From: Candidatus Gastranaerophilales bacterium
GTDB lineage: Bacteria; Cyanobacteriota; Vampirovibrionia; Gastranaerophilales; Gastranaerophilaceae
DNA length: 64,000 nucleotides
Direction of reading: 5' to 3'
Assembly (NCBI GenBank): GCA_944327255.1
Contig: CALVHA010000008.1
Coordinates: forward strand, 11,482 to 75,481
The notes beneath the pieces were generated by a model, which ran no database searches, had not been told where the DNA came from, and worked only from the letters and a program-made list of their open reading frames with translations. Shown here one piece after another: positions 18,551-29,900 of this stretch; the first letter of the stretch is position 1; every line of letters begins with the position of its first letter. A program made the translations under genes and the position numbers.

Positions 18551-19399
18551 ATAATTAACCTTTTCCCAGCTTAAATCAAGATATTTAACTTTGGCATCAA
18601 CAAGCTTCACCTGAGGTAAAATCGACGGAATACGTTTAATTCTTTCATAAACCCCTGCATCAAGTTTACCAAGTCTTATATTAACGGTTTTAATTTTTAC
18701 ATAAACATCATAAGGATTTCTCATGTCAATATATTCAACAGGTTCTTTCGAATATACTGATACATATTTGGCAATTTTCTCTATCTCATTAATTTTATTT
18801 ATATCCCACTTTTTATAATCATCACCTTTATTCCCGTAAGAGAGCACCTTAATTGTTTTTATACTAGGATCCAAAGGCATAAATTCATGTCCTATTAATG
18901 TTCCGTCTTTTGCAAAAGCCACAACAGGCGGTATGTTTGCAGCAGGAGAAATAGAAATAGCAGGGACTTTTTCTTTAACGATAATTTGTAATCTTGCAGG
19001 GAACGCATAACGTCTTATATAAACATCTTTGATTGGAGGAAGTTTTTTTATATCACGTTCTATATCCGCTGTTTTCATCATATAAATAGGCATATTCGGA
19101 ACTTTATGCACCTTCAAAAATGCCAGTATTCTATATGATTTAACTATTTTATTATTTTCAATTATGATTGTATTATTATTAACAGTCGTATACGCTTTTT
19201 TATTCAAATACCACTGTGGCATTTTTGAGACATAAACAAGTGCGAAAATCAAAAATATTGTCATAAAGAAACGAAAAGATTTCCTGAACACGTTTTGTTT
19301 CCGACGTCCTTTGCGCACTTTTCTTGATTTGCGAACCTTTTTTACAAGCTTCACAGGATCAATAATTTCTTCTTGATTTTCGCCTTGAAATTCGTCCAT
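18536..19399 (-). CDS. ftsQ: Cell division protein FtsQ/DivIB-like (basic N-tail, one TM, POTRA)
   Basis: Lys/Arg-rich N-terminus, TM helix FFMTIFLIFALVYV, POTRA-like segment. Lies directly downstream of ddl. Confidence 0.65.
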   Translation of the reverse strand: MDEFQGENQEEIIDPVKLVKKVRKSRKVRKGRRKQNVFRKSFRFFMTIFLIFALVYVSKMPQWYLNKKAYTTVNNNTIIIENNKIVKSYRILAFLKVHKVPNMPIYMMKTADIERDIKKLPPIKDVYIRRYAFPARLQIIVKEKVPAISISPAANIPPVVAFAKDGTLIGHEFMPLDPSIKTIKVLSYGNKGDDYKKWDINKINEIEKIAKYVSVYSKEPVEYIDMRNPYDVYVKIKTVNIRLGKLDAGVYERIKRIPSILPQVKLVDAKVKYLDLSWEKVNYLKLE

Positions 19400-19406
19400 T
19401 TTAACC

Positions 19407-20360
19407 TTATTTATTCAAACCAACACTGTTCAAAATCAATAATACAAGTTCATCATAACTTATCCTCATAGCGGCAGCTTGAGCAGGAAGATCACTTGTT
19501 TCTGTCATTCCCGGACTTGTATTAATTTCAAGAAAATATGGTTCATCATCCTTAACCATAAAATCAACTCTGGAAACGCCTGAACAACCTGCTGTCTCAT
19601 GAGCCTTAACTGCAATTTTTTTAATTTTTTCTGTAGCCTCAGCCGACAAAGTAGTTGAAGGAACAATAAAATCAGACATTCCCTTTGTATATTTTGCCTC
19701 AAAATCATACCATTCATTCTTCGGACGAATTTCTAAAATTTCGGTTGCAAAAGCTTTTCCATCCTTTTCCAAAACTCCTACAGTTATAAAGAATCCATTA
19801 ATAAACTCTTCAATCAATACATTCGCATTATACTTAACAGCTTCTTCATATGCAGGAAGTAATTCATCAGGAGTATTTACTTTAGTCATGCCAAAACTTG
19901 AACCTTCGCAAACAGGTTTTGTAATAAGAGGATATCTCAAGCCTTCAACAGCTCTTTTTACATCCTCACCTTTTGTGACAAATACAGATTTAATAAGCGG
20001 AATATCTTTACAAGTAGAAAGCACACGCTTTGTAAATTCCTTATTCATACAAATTGCACTGGACATAACCCCGCATCCAGCATAAGGGATTTTAAGAATT
20101 TCCAAAACAGCTTGAATACAGCCATCTTCGCCGTACTTGCCATGTAAAGCATTAAAAGCATATTCATAATTTCCATCCGCCAAAGTTTGAGCAATATTTC
20201 TATCTACTACAACCATTTCTGCGTTTTCATATCCTAATCTTTTTAAAGCCTCATAACATCCTTTTCCTGAACGCATAGAAATTTCTGACTCAGATGACAT
20301 ACCACCGCAAAGAACAGCTATTTTGGCATCTTTTTTTACTTTATATTCAATATTTTGCAT
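19407..20360 (-). CDS. ddl: D-alanine--D-alanine ligase
   Basis: IAVLCGGMSSESEISMRSG, ALHGKYGEDG, ATP-grasp region, LEINTSPGMT. Confidence 0.9.
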   Translation of the reverse strand: MQNIEYKVKKDAKIAVLCGGMSSESEISMRSGKGCYEALKRLGYENAEMVVVDRNIAQTLADGNYEYAFNALHGKYGEDGCIQAVLEILKIPYAGCGVMSSAICMNKEFTKRVLSTCKDIPLIKSVFVTKGEDVKRAVEGLRYPLITKPVCEGSSFGMTKVNTPDELLPAYEEAVKYNANVLIEEFINGFFITVGVLEKDGKAFATEILEIRPKNEWYDFEAKYTKGMSDFIVPSTTLSAEATEKIKKIAVKAHETAGCSGVSRVDFMVKDDEPYFLEINTSPGMTETSDLPAQAAAMRISYDELVLLILNSVGLNK

Positions 20361-21247
20361 AATTCAACCTCTCTTAAATTCTTTCTACCCAAAAATCTAA
20401 CTTCAGGCTTTAATTCAATTCCAAAACTCTCTTTAACTACTGAGAACATTTTGTACATAAGTTCTAAAACATCCAAAGAGCTCCCCGCTCGGGAATTAAT
20501 GATAAAATTAGCATGATTTTCCCAAACATTGACACCGCCAACAGAAAAATTCTTTGCACCTGCTTCATCAAGAAGACGTCCGGCAGAATTTCCTTCAGGA
20601 TTTCTGAAAACACTTCCACAATTAGGAAGTGCCAAAGATGGTTGATGGGATTTCCTAAAGGACAGGTTCTCGTCCATTTTAGCTTTTATTTCGTCCGAAG
20701 TTTTTTTATCAAGATCAAATTCAGCAGACAGAATTATAATATTATCTTTCTGACATCTTGACGTACGATATTCAAATCCCATCTCATCTTTTGAAAGCTC
20801 AAAAACACCTTTGTCTCGGGAATAACACTTCACCTTAATTAACTTATCACTAACACATTGGCCTCTTGCAGAAGCATTCATAAAAATTTCTCCGCCCAAT
20901 GAGCCAGGAAATCCTATCATAAACTCAAACCCGCTTAAATTATGTGATGCAACAAGTTGAGAAAGTTTAGGACCTTTGATTCCGCATTCTGCAATAACTC
21001 TTGTACCGTGAATCATCACCTGTACCATTTTTGTTGTCACAATTACAGCACCGTCATAACCATCACTTGATACGAGAGTATTAGAAAAATTTCCAAATAC
21101 TTCGGCATCAGGCTCAATTTTCAGAACTTCCACAAATTCATCAACAGACTTAGGGAAATAAGCTTTTTTTACTTTCCCACCTATTTTAAAACTTGTTAAA
21201 TTTCTAACTTCAAAATTTTCTTTAAATTCAACGGACAATGTCTGCAA
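20336..21247 (-). CDS. murB: UDP-N-acetylenolpyruvoylglucosamine reductase
   Basis: FKIGG, FAD-binding GxGSN-like region, GSVFRNP, C-terminal MurB domain. Overlaps the murC and ddl ends. Confidence 0.9.
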   Translation of the reverse strand: MQTLSVEFKENFEVRNLTSFKIGGKVKKAYFPKSVDEFVEVLKIEPDAEVFGNFSNTLVSSDGYDGAVIVTTKMVQVMIHGTRVIAECGIKGPKLSQLVASHNLSGFEFMIGFPGSLGGEIFMNASARGQCVSDKLIKVKCYSRDKGVFELSKDEMGFEYRTSRCQKDNIIILSAEFDLDKKTSDEIKAKMDENLSFRKSHQPSLALPNCGSVFRNPEGNSAGRLLDEAGAKNFSVGGVNVWENHANFIINSRAGSSLDVLELMYKMFSVVKESFGIELKPEVRFLGRKNLREVELCKILNIK

Positions 21248-22628
21248 CCTCTTCGCTTAATTTTAAAAGTTCCTTTCCTAAGATATTAATTGTTCCTGCC
21301 CCAAGTCCAATAACAACATCATTTGTCTTCAGAGTCGGAAATAGTTTTTGGGCAACCTCTTTAATATCACCGGAAATATATTCACAAGGAACCGAAATTT
21401 TATCAGACAAATCCTTTACAAAATTTTCGGAATTAACACCTTCTATAACATCTTCTGATGCCGCATAAACATCAGTCACAATAACTTTATCGACATTATC
21501 AAATGCATTCAGAAATTCATTCCATAAATTTTGCAAACGTGAATATCTATGAGGCTGAAAAACAGCTATGATATTTTTATTTTTAAAATTTGCAGCTGCT
21601 GAAAGAGTTGCCTTAATCTCAGTCGGATGGTGAGCATAATCATCATAAACAGAAATACCATCAAAGGCACCTATTTTCTGGAACCTTCTACCCATACCAG
21701 TAAATGTCGCGAAATGAGGTTTTACTAAAGACAAATCAACCCCGGCCTGATGTAAACTGGCAAGAACTGAAAGCGAATTATAGACATTATGTTTTCCCTT
21801 CAGTATAATCGTTAAATCGGTGAGAAATTTACCTTTAAAATATACATCAAAAGTTGTGAAATCTTCGTTATACACAATATTTTCAGCTTTATAATCAGCT
21901 TCTGCTTCAAGAGCAAAGGTCATAGTTTTATGACCGTGTAAACTCTTAGATGCCTTACAATCACTATTAACAAGCACAACACCGTCTTCAGGCATTTTAG
22001 AAATAAATGTTTCAAACGTTTCCAAAATTGAGTCAAGACCATTTTTATAAAAATCAAGATGATCTGCTTCAAGATTATTGACTACACAAATTTTAGGAAC
22101 ATATTTAACAATCGTTCCATCACTTTCATCCAATTCGGCAAGAAAATATTTCCCATCCTGACAATGAGCGTTAGTATCAAGTTCAGGAATAATTCCACCA
22201 ACGACATAAGAAGGTTTTAATCCCGCTTTTTCTAGCACATAAGAACTTAATCCGCTTGTTGTAGTTTTCCCGTGAGTTCCTGAATATCCTATAAAAAATT
22301 TATCTTCCCTTGAAATTTCAGCCAGTAAATCAGATCTGTGATAAACAGGCAGTCCTAATTCTCTTGCTCTTATCATTTCAGGATTTGTATCACGGATTGC
22401 ACTACTTGCAATTACCACACAATCATTTGGGACATTATCTTTATTATGCCCGATGTGGACAACTGCACCCATATTTTTTAATTTTTGGACATATTTACTG
22501 TCGCATACGTCAGAACCTGCTACTTCGCAACCATTTTCTATCAAATACTTGGCAAGTCCGCTCATACCAACACCGCCAATTGCTATAAAATAATAATTCT
22601 TCTTATTCAAAACTTCTATCCTAATCAA
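21228..22628 (-). CDS. murC: UDP-N-acetylmuramate--L-alanine ligase
   Basis: FIAIGGVGMSGLAKYL, GTHGKTTT, DYAHHPTEI. Confidence 0.9.
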   Translation of the reverse strand: MIRIEVLNKKNYYFIAIGGVGMSGLAKYLIENGCEVAGSDVCDSKYVQKLKNMGAVVHIGHNKDNVPNDCVVIASSAIRDTNPEMIRARELGLPVYHRSDLLAEISREDKFFIGYSGTHGKTTTSGLSSYVLEKAGLKPSYVVGGIIPELDTNAHCQDGKYFLAELDESDGTIVKYVPKICVVNNLEADHLDFYKNGLDSILETFETFISKMPEDGVVLVNSDCKASKSLHGHKTMTFALEAEADYKAENIVYNEDFTTFDVYFKGKFLTDLTIILKGKHNVYNSLSVLASLHQAGVDLSLVKPHFATFTGMGRRFQKIGAFDGISVYDDYAHHPTEIKATLSAAANFKNKNIIAVFQPHRYSRLQNLWNEFLNAFDNVDKVIVTDVYAASEDVIEGVNSENFVKDLSDKISVPCEYISGDIKEVAQKLFPTLKTNDVVIGLGAGTINILGKELLKLSEEVADIVR

Positions 22629-22777
22629 TTAATAATGTAACATTTCAATTATAATACATAAAAAATTTTGAATCTGTAAATTTAGCAATTATTTACATTT
22701 TTTCATGTAGAAAAATAAATCTGACCTGATTGCGGAAAGTCACAAGGAAAATGTTAATGTTTCAGCCACTATTGTGT

Positions 22778-23167
22778 CTATATATTCTCCAAGTTCTTTA
22801 AATTAACTCTTTTTATTTGTAATTGATTTGCATATTTTATTGCTCGTTTAATCGTAGTTAAATATGAAGAAAAAAATGAAGGTTTGAAAGTCCGTGCCTC
22901 AACTTGTGCAATAAATTTATCATATCTCGCAAATGTTGGTCGATACTCAGAATCATATGACACAACTTTTTCACAAAGTTCTGTATCTAACTCAACATTA
23001 ATTGGATTTTTTGCCTCTGCTTCAATTAACTTTTCCAATTTTTTAGTTTCTCGCACAGAAAGATTCTTTTCTAATATTTTTTTTGCTCTAGATGTGGCTT
23101 TAATTGCCATTTTAAAACTAGGTGCATTGTTAAAATTTCGGTTTTGTTGGATTGATTTGATTTGCAT
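22778..23167 (-). CDS. Hypothetical protein (129 aa) with N-terminal N-rich ...NAPSFKM motif
   Basis: ORF only. No recognisable domain. Confidence 0.45.
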   Translation of the reverse strand: MQIKSIQQNRNFNNAPSFKMAIKATSRAKKILEKNLSVRETKKLEKLIEAEAKNPINVELDTELCEKVVSYDSEYRPTFARYDKFIAQVEARTFKPSFFSSYLTTIKRAIKYANQLQIKRVNLKNLENI

Positions 23168-23246
23168 AATAAACTTAACTCCGTAAATTAACTATACCAT
23201 AAAAATTGTATTTTTGCTGGTAACTCACCTAAACAAGCTCCAAACA

Positions 23247-23278
23247 AAGGTCCCTGCCATATAAAGACAGGGACCTTT
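23247..23278 (-). terminator. Intrinsic terminator after rpsP
   Basis: aaaggtccctg / ccatataaaga / cagggaccttt. 11-bp stem. Confidence 0.6.
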
Positions 23279-23300
23279 TATATTACAATTTTTAATTAGA

Positions 23301-23687
23301 CTAAGCTTGAGCCTCTTCTGCTTCAGCAGGAGCAGCTTCCGCAGCGGCTTTAGCTTCTTCTTCAGCCTTAGCTTTAGCTTCGGCTTCTGCAGCAGCCTTT
23401 GCTTGTGCTTTCTTAGAAAGTTTAACTGTTTCTTTCTTTTTGTAATTCAATGTACCGTCAGGGTTGCAATTTTTTATCAAATATGCAACTGTTTCTGTCG
23501 GTTGAGCACCCTTTTTAACCCATTCCTGAGCAGATGCAAGGTCAAGTTTCATAACTTTAGTTTTAGGGTTATAATGACCTAATTCCTGAATAGGTCTTCC
23601 TTCTCTTTTAGTTGTAGAGTTTATAACAACAATTCTATATGATGGGTTCTTTTTAGCACCAAATCTTGTTAATCTGATTTTTAACAT
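23301..23687 (-). CDS. rpsP: 30S ribosomal protein S16 with Ala/Glu/Lys-rich C-terminal tail
   Basis: MLKIRLTRFGAKKNPSYRIVV...GHYNP. AAGGA RBS before ATG 23687. The track ORF extends 24 codons further upstream, which I reject. Confidence 0.9.
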   Translation of the reverse strand: MLKIRLTRFGAKKNPSYRIVVINSTTKREGRPIQELGHYNPKTKVMKLDLASAQEWVKKGAQPTETVAYLIKNCNPDGTLNYKKKETVKLSKKAQAKAAAEAEAKAKAEEEAKAAAEAAPAEAEEAQA

Positions 23688-23926
23688 TTTGTTTTTCCTT
23701 CTTATTAATTGTACAAACATCGGAATTTCAACCGCCGCTTGTTGATTTCCCTTGAACAAGGCTAAGAGGAATTGCCCGTTCCACGCTCATGTAACCATAA
23801 AATAAACTCAATTGCAAGTATTGAGAATAAAAAAAATAAATTTTAACAAAATTTTACAATAATTAAAGAATTTGCTAATATTTACCGTAAGAAAAAATAT
23901 CTAGATTTTTGTGTATAAAGGTTAAT

Positions 23927-26900
23927 ATGGCAGAAGTAACAAATACAAACAACATAATTCAACAATACATAAAATCTCATCCTGAGCTTACAAACAAGAC
24001 TCAAGAACAAATTTTATCAATTATGATAAAAAATGGAGTTATTACACCAACAGAAGCTCAAAAAATTTCTGCATTTGCAAAGACTTCTTCAGTGCATAAT
24101 ACGGATATGCCAGGTCTACATTTTGAAAAAAATAAAACTAATCAAGCTAAAACAAACTACGATATAGATTTTTCATATGAAGAAGCTCAAGATTTTGCCA
24201 TAGAAAACATCTCACAAAACGTACAAGATGCATTTGCAGTGTTTTACGCTCAAGATAACGGAATTATAACTAAAGGCTATGACTCAATAAAAGAGTTTTT
24301 CGATGGGGAACTTTCATCAAAAAATGTTGGAGATGTTTTGCGAAATGAACAAAAAAGTGTTGAATATCTCACCAAAGCCAAAGAAGGTACCTTATCAAAA
24401 AAACAATATTATATAGAAAATAAAGAACGCCTGAAAGAAATGATGTTAAAACGAGTTTATGAACGAGATGAAAGCACAGGCGACAGCTTTATTGACAGAA
24501 TGAGAGGAGATTTAAGCAAAAACGAATTTGCAAAATTAATTGAAACAACAATTGACGCACGATTGGATTCTCTGACGAATCTCGGTGCTGAAAAATCTAT
24601 TAAGGCAATAAAAGGACTTCAACACCAATTAGTTACAATGGATGATAAGGCTCTTGAAGAATTTTTAAATGAACTTAACAAAACAGCAAGAGAACAAAAA
24701 ATAAAGTCACATAATATTGAAGGTCAGCCCAGCATTAAACAGCCTGAAATCCCTATAGAATTTACTTCGGAAGAACCAATGACATTCGAAGAAGTATATA
24801 AACTTGAAAGAGGAACTAATTTTAATGAAGCTCTTATGGAAAACCTTGCAAAAAATAAAGGTGAAATAAATTTTGCAATAGGAGCCTTCAACAAATACAA
24901 CCAATTTAAAACAGAAGCAGACAGACTTCTTGATGAATATTCAGAAGCAACAAAAGTTTATACAGATGAGAACAATATTTCAACCGCAGGTCATGAACCA
25001 AATGCCGATTTAAGAGCTGATGATGTATTAAATTTATATAAAAGTTATTATGAAAATTCACCTGACCCTGATGCCGCAAAAAAGAATCTTGAAAATATTA
25101 TCAATAAAACTAATTTACCAGTTCAACTTAAAAACGAAGGAAATGGAGATTTTACATTAGACTTAAGTGCTCTTGGAGATAATTATAGACAAAATAAAGT
25201 ATTAAATACCATTTTAAAAATGGGGATACAGGAAGAAAAAAACAAATTAGATAAACTTCTTGGCGGGAAAACAATAGAAGAATTTGCCAAGAATTATGAA
25301 ACAAGTTATAAAGCAACACTTGGTAGCGAAAATGCAAACGAGCTAGCAAAGGCAATGGAGGCAGATAATATGACTGCTATCCAGTGTTATACCGGGAATA
25401 CTGCAATGTCAGGTATGGGGTTAATGGTCATTGGAGGAGTTTTGACCGTAACACCTGCTGCACCGCTTGGAGGAGTTTTACTTGCGGCAGGTCAAGTAAC
25501 TGCTCTTACAGGAATTGCTGCAAAAAATATGCTTGGATTTACAGATGCCTTAACCAGAGATGAAATTAATGAAGAAGAAATTAAAGAATTATCTAAAAAT
25601 CTTGCAATGGATATAGGAGGTTTTGTCATAGGCGGAGCTGCCGGACGAAAAGGATTGGAGGTAGGGAAAGCTCTTGCCGAAAAAGGTTACAGTACATTAA
25701 CATCAATGGTAGCCGAACACGGAACTGATTTTACATTATCACTTGCAGGAGATTTGGCAATGATGGGAGCGTTGAATTCTTCTGATACCGCAGAAGGACT
25801 AACCGAAGGCAATTTTATTGGAGTTCTTGTTTCTACAGTAACAGGGATACGAACCTCTAAGTATTTATATAATACCAATAAAATAGAAACTAAAACAGAA
25901 ACCTACCTTGACCCTGTCACAAAAAAGGCTATAGAAGCAACATACATTTTAAATCCAAAAACAAACAAATATGAACTTGCCAAAAATCAATACAGTAGAA
26001 GAGAGATTCAAACTAATATTGAATCTATTAAATACAGAAATATTGACGGTCGGAGTAATTTAATATATCTAGCAGAAGACACGGATATTGCAAAATATGG
26101 TATAAATACACTTGAAGACTTAAGAAAATCAAATTTAATAACAACAGAAGAAAAAGAAGTTATAGAAAATCTATATAAGCATGCAGAACAACTGGGTTAT
26201 AAAGATTTATACGACAAAAATCTAAATGTCCTTGCAGGTTTTGCCTCTACCGCAGAAAAAGTAAACGGTAAATTAGTCACAAAATTCGACAATCTTGATA
26301 AAAATCAATTTGAAGTAATCAAATATATAACAGATCAACTTCATAATGGAAGTATAAAAGGAGAATATTTAAGTGCAATAGTTTCACGAATTCAGGATCC
26401 TATACCTTATGAAGTATTTAAATACGCTGATAACCCTGAAACATTACCTGATGAAATTCGAAGGGGAGATATATCCTGGTCAAAAGAACAATGTCAGGAA
26501 TGGATAAAAGAAATTAAAACAATGGAAGCATTTTTAAACACTCAATCAATTCCGTCAGATATAAAAGTTCTGCGTGTAGATGATTACAGCGTAATGAATA
26601 ATATAAACATTGACGGCAAGCCTCTTGGCGAACTAATGAATAAAGCAGTAAATACAGGCAAAATTGAGGAGCTTATTGCTAGATTAAACAATTTTCAAAA
26701 CATTGAAGTAAAATTTGATAATTTCATCGGGACAACAATGCCGTCTCAACAGCCATTCAGTAGTCACCGTAATATTATATGGGAAATCGATGTTCCAAAA
26801 GGAACACATGGAGCCTTTTTGGAGAGTGCAGCAACATCAAATACCATTTATGCCGAAGCAGAATTTTTAATTCAAAAGGATTCTTCACTAAAAATTAACG

Positions 26901-29900
26901 GAGTAGAATTTAAAGACGGAAGCTGGCATATAAAAGCAGAAGTTGTTGACAACACACTCCAACCAAAACAAAAAATTTCCCAAGAAGGAACAGAGAAAAA
27001 ATCCAAAATACTTGATACCGAAATAAAAGATGCCGTAACCTCTATAAGGACAAGGTATAAAAATAAAGCAGATGATATAAAAAAATACCTGTTTGATGCC
27101 GGCCTAAATAAAATAGGGATAATGACCGCCAGATTAAAAGGCTCACAAAGCTTATATGATAAAATTGCAAACTATATTAAAGACCATCCGACAGCAAGTC
27201 TTGAAGAAGCCTTAAAAGACGTAAGAGATGCTTTCGGGGCAAGAACTATTGTAAAATCGGCTGATTACAAAAATCATCCTGAAGTAAAAGAACTTCTTGA
27301 AACAGGAGATGAAAGAGGAGCAATGTTAAAGGCCGCAGAATTACAATCTCAACCTGCCGTTGAAAAATTAAAAGGTATGATATTAGCCCAAGCCCAAGGG
27401 AAAGACGGTCTTGAACTTGCAAGAATAAGCAATTATGTATCAGATGACGGAATTCCGTATTTTTCTGAAGCACAGCTTGCCGAATTAAAACAATTCGGAG
27501 CACAACACGGAGTCAATGTGGATTACGTTGTAAAAATTGACAAATCAGACCCTAATTATGCACAAATGAAGGCTGCAGGCTATAAACCGACAACAAAAGG
27601 GCAACCTTCAGGTTACACAGCATTACAGATGAATTTTAAAACAAAAACAGGCGAAACAATTGAATGGCAGTTCAGAGGAGAAGAAGTCAACAGATTTGCT
27701 GAAGGCGAACATATTCCGTATGACCTTAGAACAGGTAAAAATATTATTGGCGAACATAAGGAATTGGAGCCTTTATATAATCCTATCAAAGAATTACTGT
27801 CAAAAGACAAAATGGATGACACTGTATACAAAGAATATAACCGTTACTTAAGCGATTATTATAAACATCTGCGTAAATTAGAGCTTGGCTTTGAAAGCGT
27901 AGAACCAAAACTTGCTGATTACGGCAAAGGTTTTAAATTTGACGAAAGGTTAAATGCCGAAAACTTAATTGCACTCCATGATGTTGCTGAAAATCTAAAA
28001 AAAGGTAAAATTTCACAAAAAGAAGCAATAGAACAATACAACAAAAAAGTTTTTGAAAATACTCCACAAAAAGTGAAAACTTTATCAGCAAAATTATTAC
28101 AAAAAATTAATGACAGCCAATCTATTTATGATCCAACAATAATAGCGGTCATTGGTGAAAATCTTCCAAAAATACAAGATGGAAAAATTCTCAACTATAT
28201 AAAAGATGAATTAAATAGTCAATATCCAAACGAATATAAAATTTTGGCTCTTACAGAATTGGAAAATTTTAAAACAGGCGGATATGAAGCTCTGAGCCCT
28301 GAACTGAAAAAAATTATCCAGCCTGAATCATTTTATACACAAAAAAATTTCGATGAAAGATTGGAAGAAATTAAAGAAATAGAAGATTCTACCGAACGAA
28401 CAAATAAACTGTCTGAATTGAATATGATGGTGGGAAGTAAACTATTTGCTATAAGTACAAATATAAGAAATCTAAAATCAAATGAAAATATTAATTATTT
28501 ATATGAGAATTATTTAATGGCAAATGTCCCTAATGAGTATAAGCAAATAATGGACGAAATAAACGAAATTACTGGTAAAAAAGTTTTACCTCAATTAGGC
28601 GATATTTATTTGGGTAAAAACAACTCTGATTATATAAGTATACCGCCAGATATATTGAAAAATTTTAATAAATTACAGCCGCAAGTTAAAGAAATTTATA
28701 AGAAATATCCCGATAATTTATTATCCGGAGAGCATTATTTGAGTAATGCTTATATTGAAAGATTTAACAGTTTTACTCCAAAAGAAATTGAGAATTTTAA
28801 TAAAAGAAATGTTATAGAATATATAGATTTTTTAATAGCAGATGAATTAAATAAAATATGCAAAATGAATGATGAAGATTTTACTAAAATTCAAAAAAGC
28901 GGACTACTTGAAAAAATAAATATTCATTATGATAGTCTTACCCATAAAGAGTCTCCTCATCTACTATTCAAAGACATAGAAAAACTTGTAAATGATTTAT
29001 CTTTAGATGAAATCCAAACATTAAAAGACAGGGAAATAACTGATATTAAAGACGGTTACTTTATCAATATTTCACCTGAATTTATGACTACCCTTGCACG
29101 TTTGAATGACAGGCAATGGGATTTTGTTAAAAATAAACTTGACTTATTTAAGAATAATAAACTTGATTTAAGGATGACCAAAAATGAAACAACAGGTCTG
29201 CCGCAAATTGATTTATACGAAAGAAAAAGGAATGCAATTATCAGCGGAATAAAACTGATAAAAAATTCTGACAGCAGAATTTATAGTAAAATTCTTGAAC
29301 TTAAAAATATCGGAATAAAACCAACAGATATTATGCAAATTATCGGAAATTGCAATGACAATTTTGAACATTACGGGAACTATGCCCACGGAAAAGTAAA
29401 AGAACTCATTCAAAAAAATATTCCTGAAGCTAAATTAGCGGATTATACAGTACCGTATATAAGTTTACAGAGTATAAAAGGGAAATCAAATATTAATGAA
29501 CTTTCAATAAACGAAAAACGTAACCTTTTAAAATCTCTTGTAAAATATAATGCATCACTTTTTGATAATAACTTCAATAAACTTTTAGAATCCGAAATTA
29601 TTCCAAGAAACAAAGATGAATATTGTTCTCTATTGCCTAAACTTGTAAAAGCAATAGGTATCGATACAAGACCCGTAAGCAAAACGGTTATATCGGGTTA
29701 TGAAAAAGCCATGGATAATATGAGTAAATCTGATAGCGAATTTCTAACAACGCCTATCACAAAAGACGGGTTTAAGTTAAATCTTGAATACCCTAGAGAT
29801 AAGTTTATAAGTGATATTCTCGATAAAGTAAAAGATTTGCCTGAAACAGAAAAGATGAAAGTTTTTGACTATTTTGGTTTTGAAATAAAAATTCACTCTG

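Noticed and set aside
18536-22628. murC-murB-ddl-ftsQ block lacking ftsA/ftsZ downstream as an anomaly
   Set aside because: Fragmented dcw clusters are common in many lineages, so this is not informative on its own.
22884-23186. Plus-strand ORF antisense to hypothetical gene 22778-23167
   Set aside because: Either strand could in principle code. I kept the minus-strand ORF because it is longer, less low-complexity, and sits in tandem downstream of rpsP, after that gene's terminator hairpin (23247-23278). Confidence in that choice is modest.
23688-23759. 24-codon N-terminal extension of S16 in the track ORF (MFKGNQQAAVEIPMFVQLIRRKNK...)
   Set aside because: The internal ATG at 23687 has a good AAGGA RBS and gives the canonical S16 N-terminus MLKIRLTRFG. 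The extension's FKG is most likely coincidental.
23880-23927. Leaderless transcription of the giant ORF from TATAAA at 23914-23919
   Set aside because: No acceptable -35 or extended -10 motif is present, and an AAAGG RBS-like element precedes the ATG, so conventional initiation is more likely.
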